A stretch of 64,000 nt of DNA, from the NCBI GenBank assembly GCA_051294375.1, contig CM119265.1, positions 21,452,278-21,516,277 of the forward strand, read 5' to 3'. The DNA is from Paraspadella gotoi. Its lineage: Eukaryota; Animalia; Chaetognatha. The stretch's first letter is position 1; the number at the start of each line of letters is the position of its first letter. Below the pieces are notes generated by a model. That model worked only from the letters and a program-made list of their open reading frames with translations, was not told the origin of the DNA and did no database searches. Both the position numbers and the translations under genes were made by a program. This document shows positions 1 to 9,763 of this stretch, in pieces.

Positions 1-1010
1 AGAGAAACAACCTTTCGATAGCTATAAACTAAATAAGATGATACAAAATTTACTATTGCATTTAAAAGTAATATCCATAAGCAAAAAAATAAATAAGCAA
101 AACTGCAAGGTGTTATATTTTAAACTTTGTTATATTAATTTTATGCTCATCAAATTAATTTACAAATTCTATCTCCATGTATATAGGTAAACACCTTGCA
201 GATACAAGCTGACAAAAAATTCTCATACAATGTATAAAAGAAATCGGCAAGAACAGACTCATAATTTATGTATTGATAAAATATACGAAACTGGTTTTGA
301 AATTCTAGCAACTTTAGATCTGGAAATATATGTAAAAGTAAAAATCAGTCTAAACTACAACATTGAAAAAAATATTTGTTCACTATATGTCTATTATCTA
401 TGAGGGCTACAACAATAGTGGAGTTTCTGGTGACTATTCTAATTCTCATAAGCCTCTGCTTAGAGTCTATTCTTGTCTAAACCACAAATTTTGTAGTATG
501 AAATTTCATGATGAAAGATTACTTCTTATTTGTTTACAAATAAGGAAATCTCAAAAAGGTTTCAGGTAATCAGGATTCTTATGAAATATTATTATTCGTA
601 AACAAAAGCGAAAGAAGCTTAATAAATAATAAAACATTAACAACAAACGAAAAGGAATTTGATTTTAGAATTAAGCCGTGAATTCAAACATACAGTGAAA
701 TCGCTTCTTTTTTTTGTAATTGTAAAGTAGATAATGATTTTGCAAAGTGAGACCATCGTCCATTTTGTTCTTTAAGTTTTTTTTATTACTTTAAAAGTAC
801 TTAATATTAAACGTCAAATAGAAATATCCATTCTAATCAGAACCTCGTTTTGACGGTCGCGATTAGCTGCAATTTAAAAAAAATATTTTTTTACAGTATT
901 ACGATATAGCATTGAATTCGTCCGTCATTTATCAAAGACTAGGGGTCAGAAATAATAAAATATGGCACAAACCCACTTTTTTCTCGATATTAGTATTTGC
1001 AGCAGACAAC

Positions 1011-1016
1011 TTTATT
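1011..1016 (-). promoter_or_regulatory. candidate polyadenylation signal AATAAA of the RUSC-like gene
   Basis: tttatt on the + strand, about 200 nt downstream of the TGA at 1212-1214; other AATAAA hexamers exist further downstream. Confidence 0.3.
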
Positions 1017-1211
1017 TAAAACCCATCGCTTTAAAGCAGTCGTCTTAGCATAATGTAAATATAACTGGTTGTTAGCGAAAAAATTAAAAGACTGCGAAAG
1101 CGAAAGTCAAAATCCTCTTACTTTAGTTTGAAATCAAATATAGCATCTCGCAGATAAAATATTTTGTCGACTTCTCTCTTTACCCATGACTATATTCATC
1201 GCCGCTCTTTT

Positions 1212-1395
1212 TCACAGCAGCTGTTCGCCAATGTCCATGACGGCTTCGGTGGGCACCAAACCGTGCTTGCTGTTCCGACAGCAGACTATCCAATTGCCGT
1301 CCTGAGGCCGGAGTTGCACCAAAACATCCCCGGCCGAGAAGGACAGTTCGCGCTTGCGCAGTGCGGAGTAATCCTTCAACGCCACCACGCAGCGT
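1212..1395 (-). CDS. RUSC2-like: terminal coding exon, SH3 domain of a RUN and SH3 domain-containing (RUSC1/RUSC2-like) protein
   Basis: ttcag acceptor at 1396-1397; translates (R)RCVVALKDYSALRKRELSFSAGDVLVQLRPQDGNWIVCCRNSKHGLVPTEAVMDIGEQLL*; ALxDY / ELSF..GD / W / GLVP SH3 signature; phase matches the upstream exon. Confidence 0.9.
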
Positions 1396-1528
1396 CTGAA
1401 GGGTTTATAGAAGGGTAGATACTAGATAGTTCTGATGCAATTAAAGATAAATTAAAACCCCTCAACGGGTTTTTAAAATACAAGGAATATCCAAACATCA
1501 TTCTTCAATCATCAGATCTACTTCAAAC

Positions 1529-1794
1529 CTGGAACCGGAAGTCACGTGCTCCGCGTAGCTGCAATCTTTGGTGGCGCTTTGGAATATGGAGACGTCCTCC
1601 CCAGGAGAGGGCAGATCGGACTGGGACGCCGCCGATTCGACGGGGGAGATGGAAGGGGGGAGGGGGGAAGAAGGGGACTGGGGAGTGGAAGGGGGAATGG
1701 GGGAGCAGGGGGACAAGGGAGGGGGGATGGGAGGTAAGGAGGAGGAGGAGGAGGATTTCGTAGTCACCGTCGGCTGGCTCTCGCTCTTCGTCAC
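1529..1794 (-). CDS. RUSC-like coding exon, Pro/Ser-rich linker
   Basis: tcttag acceptor, AG|GTTTGA donor; VTKSESQ...LPPIPPPLSP...HVTSGS; phase 0 in, phase 2 out, fits both neighbours. Confidence 0.8.
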
Positions 1795-2174
1795 CTAAGA
1801 AGAATTATTATACAATTATTTATAATATAAGAATAATATTAATAGATTGTAAAATTTTCACTGATTTAAACGACCATTAAAATGGTATTTTCAAGTTCCG
1901 ATTTGTTTAATTATGTTAACAAAAGTCAAAATGGCTAAAACCCACCACATTCCTTTTTTTAAAAAGGCTCTCTTTTTTTTTAAGTTCATGCATTTAAATG
2001 AGTCAACCCTAATGCCCAACAAGTCCAATAAAAATTGTTGGTTCATCCAGTAAATGAGCTATCTTGCCCCTGGCTTTGGACAAGCCACGGATATTGAATA
2101 CTGAATAGGCCATCGCCTATACTTGTCATCGCTTTTCATCGTTCCATCAAGAATCAATTATCTTCGTCCATCAC

Positions 2175-2434
2175 CTTTCCCACTTTCTCTCCATCCGCCG
2201 CCCGAAATTCTTGGACGCTGAAACGCGTGCCGCCCAAAATCTCGCCCGAGTCCCGATTGCTGCGCGAGCCGCTGCCGCCGCCGCCCAGGAAGATGTGTTC
2301 GCCGGAAATGTAGCCGGACGACGAGGAGCAGGAGGTGCAGCGGGAGATGGAGGGCTCGAGCTGGGGAGCGGTGGTGGCGCCACCTGTCGAGATTTTGCGA
2401 CACGGAAGCGTCGAGTCGAGAGGGGGCCTTTGGC
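2175..2434 (-). CDS. RUSC-like coding exon
   Basis: ccctcag acceptor, AAG|GTGATG donor; frame not shown in the ORF track: QRPPLDSTLPCRKISTGG...FSVQEFRAADGEKVGK; phase 1 in, phase 0 out. Confidence 0.75.
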
Positions 2435-2523
2435 CTGAGGGAAGAAAAATGGTTTTTTTTACTCTTTTTAAAAAAGTCGTCGTGAAAAATTTGAACGATG
2501 CGTCAGTTCAAACCTTAACTTAC

Positions 2524-2735
2524 CCGTTCCTTCTTCATCGCCCTTCTTCCTCTTCCCCTTGGCGCCTCTACCGTCGGCGGCGAGAATCTCGTCGATCTTT
2601 CCGTCGTCGACGTCGATGCCTTCGAGATTCCACCGATCGAGTTGACGAAGGAGTTGGGATCCGATGCCGACCCACGTCTTCCGGGCGGAGGACGTCGCGT
2701 CGCGGAGGGGCGAACCGGGGAGGCTTCGACTGTGT
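2524..2735 (-). CDS. RUSC-like coding exon
   Basis: tggtag acceptor, G|GTAAGT donor; HSRSLPGSPLRDATSSARKTWVGIGSQLLRQLDRWNLEGIDVDDGKIDEILAADGRGAKGKRKKGDEEGT; phase 2 in, phase 1 out. Confidence 0.75.
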
Positions 2736-2897
2736 CTACCAATAGAAATAGTTGTTATAGATTAATAATCTTAAATGTTTTAAATAATTTAAATAAATAA
2801 ATAACTATAAAAAGAAAAATGAATGAATGACTTTGCTTGTACGTATTAATAAAGAAAATAATTAACAAATGAGCATCGCCCGCGTCTTCATCGCCAC

Positions 2898-3240
2898 CTG
2901 TAAACGACTCTCTGCGCCGCCTCCTCCTCCGAGGGTTTTTCCATGGAGGAGGTTGGGCGCAGAATGGGCTTCTGCCTCCTGAGGACCTCAGGAGACTCGG
3001 CCCTGTCGATGATCGCCTCGCCCTCGCCGCTGCGCTGGGCGCCGCCATCTTGGAAAGCGTGAAGGCTCGAGCCGCTGCCATGGGCGCCTCCATCTTGGAA
3101 GGTGTGGAGGCTGGAGCCGTAGGACGTCTCCGAATTGTTGTCGCCCTTGACGGCTTCTGTGGAGGAGGATTCGAACTTGGGGATGAAGAAGGTGCCGCTC
3201 GACGAAGGGGAACTGCTCGTCACCAAATGATCCGAGGCTT
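2898..3240 (-). CDS. RUSC-like coding exon immediately after the RUN domain
   Basis: ttcgcag acceptor, AG|GTGGCG donor; frame of ORF 2888..3226; phase 1 in, phase 2 out. Confidence 0.8.
3037..3119. repeat. 45-bp-period coding tandem duplication (GSSLH[T/A]FQDGGA x2)
   Basis: gggcgccgccatcttggaaagcgtgaaggctcgagccg at 3037 and gggcgcctccatcttggaaggtgtggaggctggagccg at 3082. Confidence 0.85.
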
Positions 3241-3868
3241 CTGCGAAGGGGCGACGGATTCAAAGGAGAGACAATATAATTATGAAAAAGATAATGAATT
3301 AATTGATTTATTAATAAATCGTTACGTGCGGTAAATATAAACATAATTTTACAAGCCGAAAACATCATAGGCAACTTATAAGTTCATTTGGACAAGCTGC
3401 CTCCGGTTAATACGGTTTCATCCAGAATCAATCGTTTTTAGACTTATGATAATAATATTTGATTAGTTAATGCGATGAGAACTAAACGGTTGTAAATGGT
3501 TTTGCACAATGAAATGAAAAGAAACGAAGCCTGATATATATGTTCAATTGTAAATGAACTACTAAGTTCATTCTAAACAAGTAGGTAAAATAAAATGCAA
3601 GTGATAAACCACTTACGGCGAAAATATTTTTTTTTACGTGTATCTTCATTTGGTCGGTTATGATTGATGTGTTAGTTCAAGGAAGAATTTAGTTCACAAG
3701 TCACGAATATTCGTTTAAAAAAAACATGCAATGTTGCCAGCATAAACATGAGGAGAGAAGGAACAAATAATAGCGAGGTGGGTTATCAACTGTTAATAAT
3801 ATGGGTAAGGTCCGGTAAGGACTAAGGAGTATTAAAAAACCCGTTCGGTGAGAATTCATTTCACTCAC

Positions 3869-4104
3869 CTGTTTTCTTGAGCAGCGCCGCCGCGTCCGCG
3901 CAGAGGTGAAGGTCTAACGTGAACGGCAGCACCGTGAGTGGCTGCAGCGCCGCCAGCAGGCGCTGGAGCAGGCTTTCGTCGGGATCGCCGTTGTCGCGCG
4001 GGATCGGCGAGAGGCGCATGACGAAGGCCTCGTCGGCGTAGCACTCCATTACTGCGGCAGGGAGCGTGGCAAGGGAGCAGAACCACTGATCCAGCACGCG
4101 GAAG
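3869..4104 (-). CDS. RUSC2-like: RUN domain, C-terminal half
   Basis: FRVLDQWFCSLATLPAAVMECYADEAFVMRL...LLAALQPLTVLPFTLDL matches the RUSC-type RUN C-terminus (LxxWF...LLLLQPLSVLxFxLDL, from memory); G|GTGAGT donor; phase 2 in, phase 1 out. Confidence 0.92.
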
Positions 4105-4218
4105 CTTCACGGAAGGGGGGGGGGTAGCACGTGAATTTTGATTTTATTGAATTTATCACTTTGTCATTATATAACTTCCGATTCTCGTATATTGGATTTA
4201 AATTTATTTCCAACTCAC

Positions 4219-4511
4219 TTCAACAGCCCCATTACGAAAGTGTAGAACTTCTCAAGCGGGGTCACCGTAACCCCCTCGGTCACGTGATCGATAAACTTGA
4301 CGAGATCCTCGAAGGTTCGCGCGATTTGCCCGACGTGATTGTGGGAGCGAGCGGACCGAACGGCCACCGACCACGCCGTCACCGGCGCCTCGGGAGTGGG
4401 CGTGGCCGCGTCGCGGAGACCGTCGATGACGACGTTGTGAATCGTCGGGCAAAGGTCGGACAGGACCAGCTGCCCGACGTAGGGGCAGAGATGGCTGTTG
4501 CCAAGGTACGC
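4219..4511 (-). CDS. RUSC2-like: RUN domain, N-terminal half
   Basis: AYLGNSHLCPYVGQLVLSDLCPTIHNVVIDGLR...AWSV...KFYTFVMGLLN resembles RUSC1/2 LGDSRLSPDVGHLVL..LCPAL..LV.DGLK and F.AF..GLLN (from memory); AA|GTGAGT donor; phase 0 in, phase 2 out. Confidence 0.92.
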
Positions 4512-4588
4512 CTTGACGAGTGGGAGGAAATGAAAATGAGAATCACGGTCGAAATTAGAACAACAACGACAACAACAAAAAATCTCAC

Positions 4589-5973
4589 CCTTTGCGTCGG
4601 ATCCCTGGTTTTTTCAAAATGATGCGCGATCCTTCTGACGGCGACGCGCACTTTGGCGATGATCTCGTCGTCGACGTCAACGACCTCGGCGGCGCCTTCC
4701 GCCGTCGACCACTCGTTGGAGGAGCTCGCCTCCGGTTCAAAGACCGTGGGCGGGGAGTCGGATGCGGCGCGGGAGACTTGGCCGCTCGGGCGGGGAATTT
4801 CGCAGGGCAGGGACGAAGAAGGGAAGGAGGAAGGGCCGACGGTGTCGGGAGACGTCGCGGCAGATTCGCCGACGTGTCCCACCGACGCAGCAGACGCAGC
4901 TTGCCGACGCGGGCTTCCCTCCGGACTCCGGTAGCAGACGTCGACGTGATCGGTGAAGGAGACGTGCTTCCTAGCTTTGACGCATGAGGGGCATCCCTCG
5001 ACCTCTTCGTCGCCAGAATGTTGACAGACGAGTTGGGGCGAGGCTGAAGATTCTCTCTCGCAGCTCCCGCGGCAGTCGCTCGTCGAAGATCCCGAAAATT
5101 GCTGCATACCTCCGCCGCAGCAGCAGATAGGGTTGAGCCGGTTCTGACGCTGAAACTCCTCCAGCTGCTGGACCACGTTGGGCGTGATGTCGTCGCTGCC
5201 CTGACGCTTGAGAAGGTTGAGGCCCAGAATCTGCTCGTAGGCGGAAAGGATGCTGCCGAGCGCCGAGTCCGACTGCGGGCGGTCAGCGCAGCAGGCCAGC
5301 AGCGCTTGGCTCTGTCGCAGGCACGGCTTGAGGCCCGGTTGTTGTTGCAACTGATGCTGCAGTTGTTGCCGCAGCCGTTGTTTCTGTTTGAAGCAGCACC
5401 GTTTGTCCGAGAGTCCGTCGCGGGCGCAGCAGGATTCGGAATGTTTCTCGCGGAAGAAGGGAATGGCATCGGCGACGATCTTCGCCTCCACGCGACAACA
5501 GGTGGCGTCTTTGTCGCCGGAGTCGCCCTTGTCTTTGTCGGCGTCGTCGGCTCCTCTTCTTTTGTCCTTGGACGAGGACGCCGAGGGTTGGTCGCTAGAA
5601 GCGCGCCGCAACGGGGCGCTGTTGTAGTATGTGGGCGTGACCCGCGCCACGTTGTCGCCGAATTTCGCCGGGGAGGAGGTGCTTCGCTCGAAGCGGACCA
5701 ACAGACCGGATTCGGGAGAGGTGCCATAGTTGAGGCGTTGATGTTGTTGTTGTTGTTTAGAATCGGTCGGTTGTTGTTGTGGCTGTTGACGTCTTCGATC
5801 CGTCTCGGCTCTGTGTTTATTGACGAAGCCCAAATCGGGCAAAGGTCTGGCGCGCCAAGCTCGGCGGGCGGCGCCTTTGCCCGATTTTCCCGCCGCCGGT
5901 CGTTTCTCCTGTCGTTCCAGGCGAAGTCGGACGTCGTCTGGTAACCAGGCGCGCGGCACGAAGATGAATTCGC
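4589..5973 (-). CDS. RUSC2-like: large RUSC-like exon: disordered, Cys-rich, ends in the helix preceding the RUN core
   Basis: frame of ORF 4379..5959; ctactag acceptor, AGG|GTGAGA donor; ends EIIAKVRVAVRRIAHHFEKTRDPTQR, similar to the RUSC pre-RUN segment (V..I..HF...R...Q); phase 1 in, phase 0 out. Confidence 0.88.
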
Positions 5974-6073
5974 CTAGTAGAAAGAATTTGTCACGATTGC
6001 AACTAAATATATTCTCGTAAATATTTTAATTCTACAAAAATTCATCAGAATGCTTTCATCAAATAACTGTTAC

Positions 6074-6260
6074 CTTCCGTCTGAGTCGCGGCGCTCGACT
6101 TCGGGAGAGCCTGGTTAGATGGCATCGCGAAGACGAGCGAAGTTTGAATTCCCGCGTCGTTCACTGGTTCCGGAAACTGGATCCCCTGTTCGCTCACCGT
6201 TCTCGGAACCACGTGGACTTGAATGTTCATTGCTTGCTCACGAATCTCCTTCATGGTGTC
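6074..6260 (-). CDS. RUSC-like coding exon with GIQ/TQT motifs
   Basis: tttcacag acceptor, G|GTAACA donor; DTMKEIREQAMNIQVHVVPRTVSEQGIQFPEPVNDAGIQTSLVFAMPSNQALPKSSAATQTE; phase 0 in, phase 1 out. Confidence 0.8.
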
Positions 6261-6300
6261 CTGTGAAAGGTGAGAATGTCAGTGAGAGAGTGAGGGAGAG

Positions 6301-6327
6301 TGAGTGAGAGAGAGAGAGAGAGAGAGA

Positions 6328-6369
<42 letters not shown>

Positions 6370-6385
6370 AGAAGAGAGAGAGAGA
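6301..6385 (+). repeat. (GA)n microsatellite in intron 6261-6401
   Basis: direct reading. Confidence 0.95.
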
Positions 6386-6401
6386 TGAAAAAAAGAGGCA
6401 C

Positions 6402-7558
6402 CTGAATGCACTGTCTGGCAATGGCCGACATCTCCAACGCCATGGCGCTCATGTGCAGGTGCCAATCGTCGCCCACGCCGCTTTCCGGCCTGGCTCGTTC
6501 CGGCGCCGAGAAGTCTCGGTAAAAGAGCCCCTGCGCCGCCGTAATCGGGAACGCCGTCGGGGTGAAAGAAATTGCGGCGTTCCCCGGCCGAGTGCCCTCT
6601 CGGCACGCCTGCACCCCAATATGCCCCGCCTTGATGATTAGATTTAGACCGGGATTTGAGCCGCTGCCTCGGCACGTGATGATCCGCCGGAGCCGGTTGA
6701 CTGTGCCGGTGTTGAACATATCCGGCGGAGGGCCGTTGAGGATGTCGGAGTTGTACCGGCGAGAGATCGGCGTAATCGTCGTCATCATCGTCTTCATCGT
6801 CGTCGTCGACGAGGCGTTCGTGCGGTGATTCTTCGACGCCGCTTCCCTTCGACAAAGTGTACGTGTGACGTCCGTCAGAGTCTTCGATCAAACGCCCCGT
6901 CGTCGCCGCCCCCGTGGCGTGATGCAGACGCTCGCTGGACGGCGTCGACGCGGCGGAGATAGGCGTCGCGGCCGGCGTCGCCTCCACTCGGCGCCGCTCT
7001 CCCCTAACGTCGGTCTGCACGTTCTCCGGCGTGTCGGTCAGCTGATCGTAAGCTGCGGCGGCGGTTGCGCCGAAGACCGAGGAATCCGAGCGACGAGAGG
7101 CAATCATTAAGTCGGCCGAGGATTCGACAGACAATCCGTCGTCGTCGTCGTCGTCGTCCTCGTCGTCGGTGATGTCGTCGACGTCTGCTCGTCCGCGGGC
7201 GAAGATCTTGTAGAGAGTCAGATCGTTCCTGTCTCGATCCATCGTCAGATCGGACCGCGTTCGCGGCGTCCGGTTTCGGTTAAAGTTCCGAGAGGCGTCT
7301 TCCTCGTCGGGGGTGCCGCGAGCCGCGGCGGCGTCTTCGGCGTCGTCCGCGGCGACCTCGAGCGGCGCCCCGGCGGCGTTCTGCAGTTCGGGCATGGACC
7401 ATCGCTTGAGATGGGCATCGGCGCTGTCCGAACGCCGGCTGGGTCGGCGGGTCACGTGGGCAAAGGTCGTCGTCGTCTTGAAGTCGTCGTCCTCCTCGAC
7501 AGAGGACTGACCTTTGGAACTCCCGGACTTTTCGCGGACGTTGCGCCAAGTTGTGTAA
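6402..7558 (-). CDS. large acidic exon containing an apparent +1 frame switch (near 6750-6890)
   Basis: cccacag acceptor, CAG|GTGCCT donor; entered in the frame of ORF 6238..7455, but must exit in the frame of ORF 6279..6797 to join the next exon. Confidence 0.7.
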
Positions 7559-7652
7559 CTGTGGGAGAAAAGTTGGTTGTGTATACCGCCACAGTTGATT
7601 CATTGTTTTCTAACTAGTAGATTAACTGATGGCGAGATTAGTTATTCTTTAC

Positions 7653-7833
7653 CTCGAGTCATCGCTCCCCTGACCACGATTCCCCGAATCCGTCGTCCAC
7701 GTCGTCAGCGGCGCCGGTGAGGACGCCGGCGGTGATGCTGGAGGCGTTGTAGCCGGTGGTGGCGGCGGCGTCCCTTCAAAATCGGGAGCCGAGAGAATCT
7801 CCGAGCCGCCGCTCGATTGTTGTGGGGAAAGTC
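7653..7833 (-). CDS. RUSC-like coding exon, Pro-rich
   Basis: atttcag acceptor, AG|GTAAAG donor; frame of ORF 7649..7852; phase 1 in, phase 2 out. Confidence 0.75.
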
Positions 7834-8000
7834 CTGAAATGAGCTTCGTCATTAAACTTCTTTGTTTTTCAATATTAAAGCATTCATTTAGACATTAATT
7901 GATTCCTCTGCGATGGTATCATTCTTTTTCATTTAGTCCTCCATTCAGAAAAAAATTGTAATTACGTAAACTGTTAGGTAAGTAAAATTTTTTTCCTCAC

Positions 8001-8305
8001 CCTCAAAGTTAAGGACGTAATTGTCTCTCCTCGCCAACAACGCCGCCACTGCGCCGCTCGACTCTTCGATCGAAATCCGGAAGCTTCGATCCGTTTGAAT
8101 TCTGAGTCCGCGGGCGGCGGTTACTTCGCGACTCTCCACCGACGCCGCCCTGCCCGCCGCTGCCTCTCCAGTGCGCGCGGTGCACGTCGCGGCGCCGCTG
8201 CTTCCGCTGCGTCGCATCATCGCCGTCATGTGGCGCGTTTGCTGCGAGGGGCGACTGCCTTTGCGTCCCCCGACAGCACAGAGGGAATCGCGGCAGGAGG
8301 CACGA
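8001..8305 (-). CDS. RUSC-like coding exon
   Basis: caaccag acceptor, G|GTGAGG donor; frame of ORF 7945..8337; phase 2 in, phase 1 out. Confidence 0.72.
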
Positions 8306-8466
8306 CTGGTTGGGTAGAAGGGGAAACAAAAGTGCATCGTTGGAATATAAGAGGGATATAAACAAACTCATCGCCTCGTTTTGAACCCTTACTTTTTTAT
8401 ACAGATTGCTTGGAATATTACAATGTTTTGATTGGTTCTAGTCTACAAGCTCAAAGCTGAACTCAC

Positions 8467-8733
8467 CCGCAAACCTCCCTCAGGTTCAAGCTGTCGGTTG
8501 ACACGTTGAGAACGGCGGCGAGATCGGGTCGTGGGAGAGACCCTTGCATCGAGACCCTCATCGACGCCCTCAGAGACTCGGAGAGGTCCCGCGCGCCCCC
8601 GTCCGGACTGAAGAGCGGGCGGTCCGAAATGCCCGAGAGGCTCATGTGATCGTTGGAGTTCTCGCGGTCCAACTCTGACGAGGTCGACGCGAGGGAATTC
8701 TCGAGGGAGTGACGGGAAGTGCGAGCCGCGTTG
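8467..8733 (-). CDS. RUSC-like coding exon, Ser-rich
   Basis: ctttcag acceptor, GG|GTGAGT donor; frame of ORF 8463..8672; phase 2 in, phase 2 out. Confidence 0.75.
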
Positions 8734-9021
8734 CTGAAAGGAGAGAGGAAAAAAATAATAATTGAGATAAAATGATAATTGGAAATAGTAAGTTGTAAAC
8801 TTGTTTTACTCTTTTTTTTAAATATTCATAAATAATTATATCACGTATAATTTACGTCGTATAAACAATTATACATATTACATTACAATGGTTGAATAGT
8901 TTTTATATTATTTCTTTATATTTTTAAAACTTTAATCTTTATTTACCTTTATTTTCATCGTTATAAAAAGTAAATTTCCCATTATTTTTTTTTCATTTCG
9001 TTTCGAGGCAAAAAAAAAAGG

Positions 9022-9273
9022 TATGGCAACAGCCGGGTTGCCTGTGATGCCCATTGGGATGGGGCATCTCACTGTTGGCTTTGGGGCTTCCGACCCTCAG
9101 TGACGCCTCAGTCACTGGCGCGGTTACCCTAGGACGGTCTCGCTTTGCCAACGCAGAGGGAAGTCGTTAGGACTGTGGATGGAACACTACGCCTGGGATG
9201 GTGTGTTCCCCCTCTGAGTCAATGGATTTGGCTGACAGATGGTGGACGTGAGGCGGTGTGATATACCGCCACA
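9022..9273. repeat. left terminal direct repeat (LTR-like, 252 bp)
   Basis: differs from 9509-9763 at only a few positions. Confidence 0.9.
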
Positions 9274-9372
9274 GGATCCCCGGCCAAGACATCACTCAGG
9301 TTCCTCAAGCCTGAGAGGTGTCTGACAAGACTGTTACCAAAGTGGGAGAGAGAGAGAGAGCGCGAGTTGTGG

Positions 9373-9471
9373 GGGCATAGGCGTTTGTCGTAGCGTACCC
9401 AGGGGCATAGGCGTTTGTCGTAGCGTACCCGAAGTCGGCAGGGCATAGGCGTTTTGTTTTGTAGCGTACCC
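9373..9471 (+). repeat. three copies of a 28-31 bp motif gggcataggcgtttgtcgtagcgtaccc inside the element
   Basis: copies at 9373, 9403 and 9441 (third slightly varied). Confidence 0.9.
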
Positions 9472-9508
9472 TGAGAAGGTTGCGTGTTCGATAGTAGGCT
9501 CACCGACT

Positions 9509-9763
9509 TATGGCAACAGCCGGGTTGCCTGTGATGCCCATTGGGATGGGGCATCTCACTGTTGGCTTTGGGGGCTTCCGACCCTCAGTGACGCCTCCAG
9601 TGACTGGCGCGGTTACCCTAGGACGGTCTCGCTTTGCCAACGCAGAGGGAAGTCGTTAGGACTGTGGATGGAACACTACGCCTGGGATGGTGTGTTCCCC
9701 CTCTGAGTCAATGGATTTGGCTGACAGATGGTGGACGTGAGGCGGTGTGAATATACCGCCACA
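9509..9763. repeat. right terminal direct repeat (LTR-like, 255 bp)
   Basis: matches 9022-9273; its end is seen again at 16390-16452 followed by the same aaggg flank. Confidence 0.9.

Larger units (their letters stand above)
9022..9763. mobile_element. non-coding mini-LTR element (TRIM-like), intronic, flanked by AAGG target-site duplication
   Basis: near-identical direct repeats 9022-9273 and 9509-9763 (TATGGC...GCCACA, imperfect terminal inverted ends), 235-bp internal region, aagg at 9018-9021 and 9764-9767; GC-rich insert in an AT-rich intron. Confidence 0.75.

Noticed and set aside
363-569. 68-aa ORF in the AT-rich left flank
   Set aside because: Intergenic composition, no splice or homology support
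5099-5944. 281-aa plus-strand ORF and other long ORFs overlapping the exons (e.g. 4585..5727, 4131..4622, 9917..10378)
   Set aside because: Antisense or off-frame shadows of GC-rich exons; no splice-phase support and no recognisable domains
9373-9471. Three ~28-bp direct repeats resembling a CRISPR array
   Set aside because: Spacers are only 2 and 10 nt, there are no cas genes, and the context is a eukaryotic intron
9022-9763. Retrozyme (LTR element carrying a hammerhead ribozyme)
   Set aside because: No CUGANGA core with a matching GAAA motif found on either strand by eye
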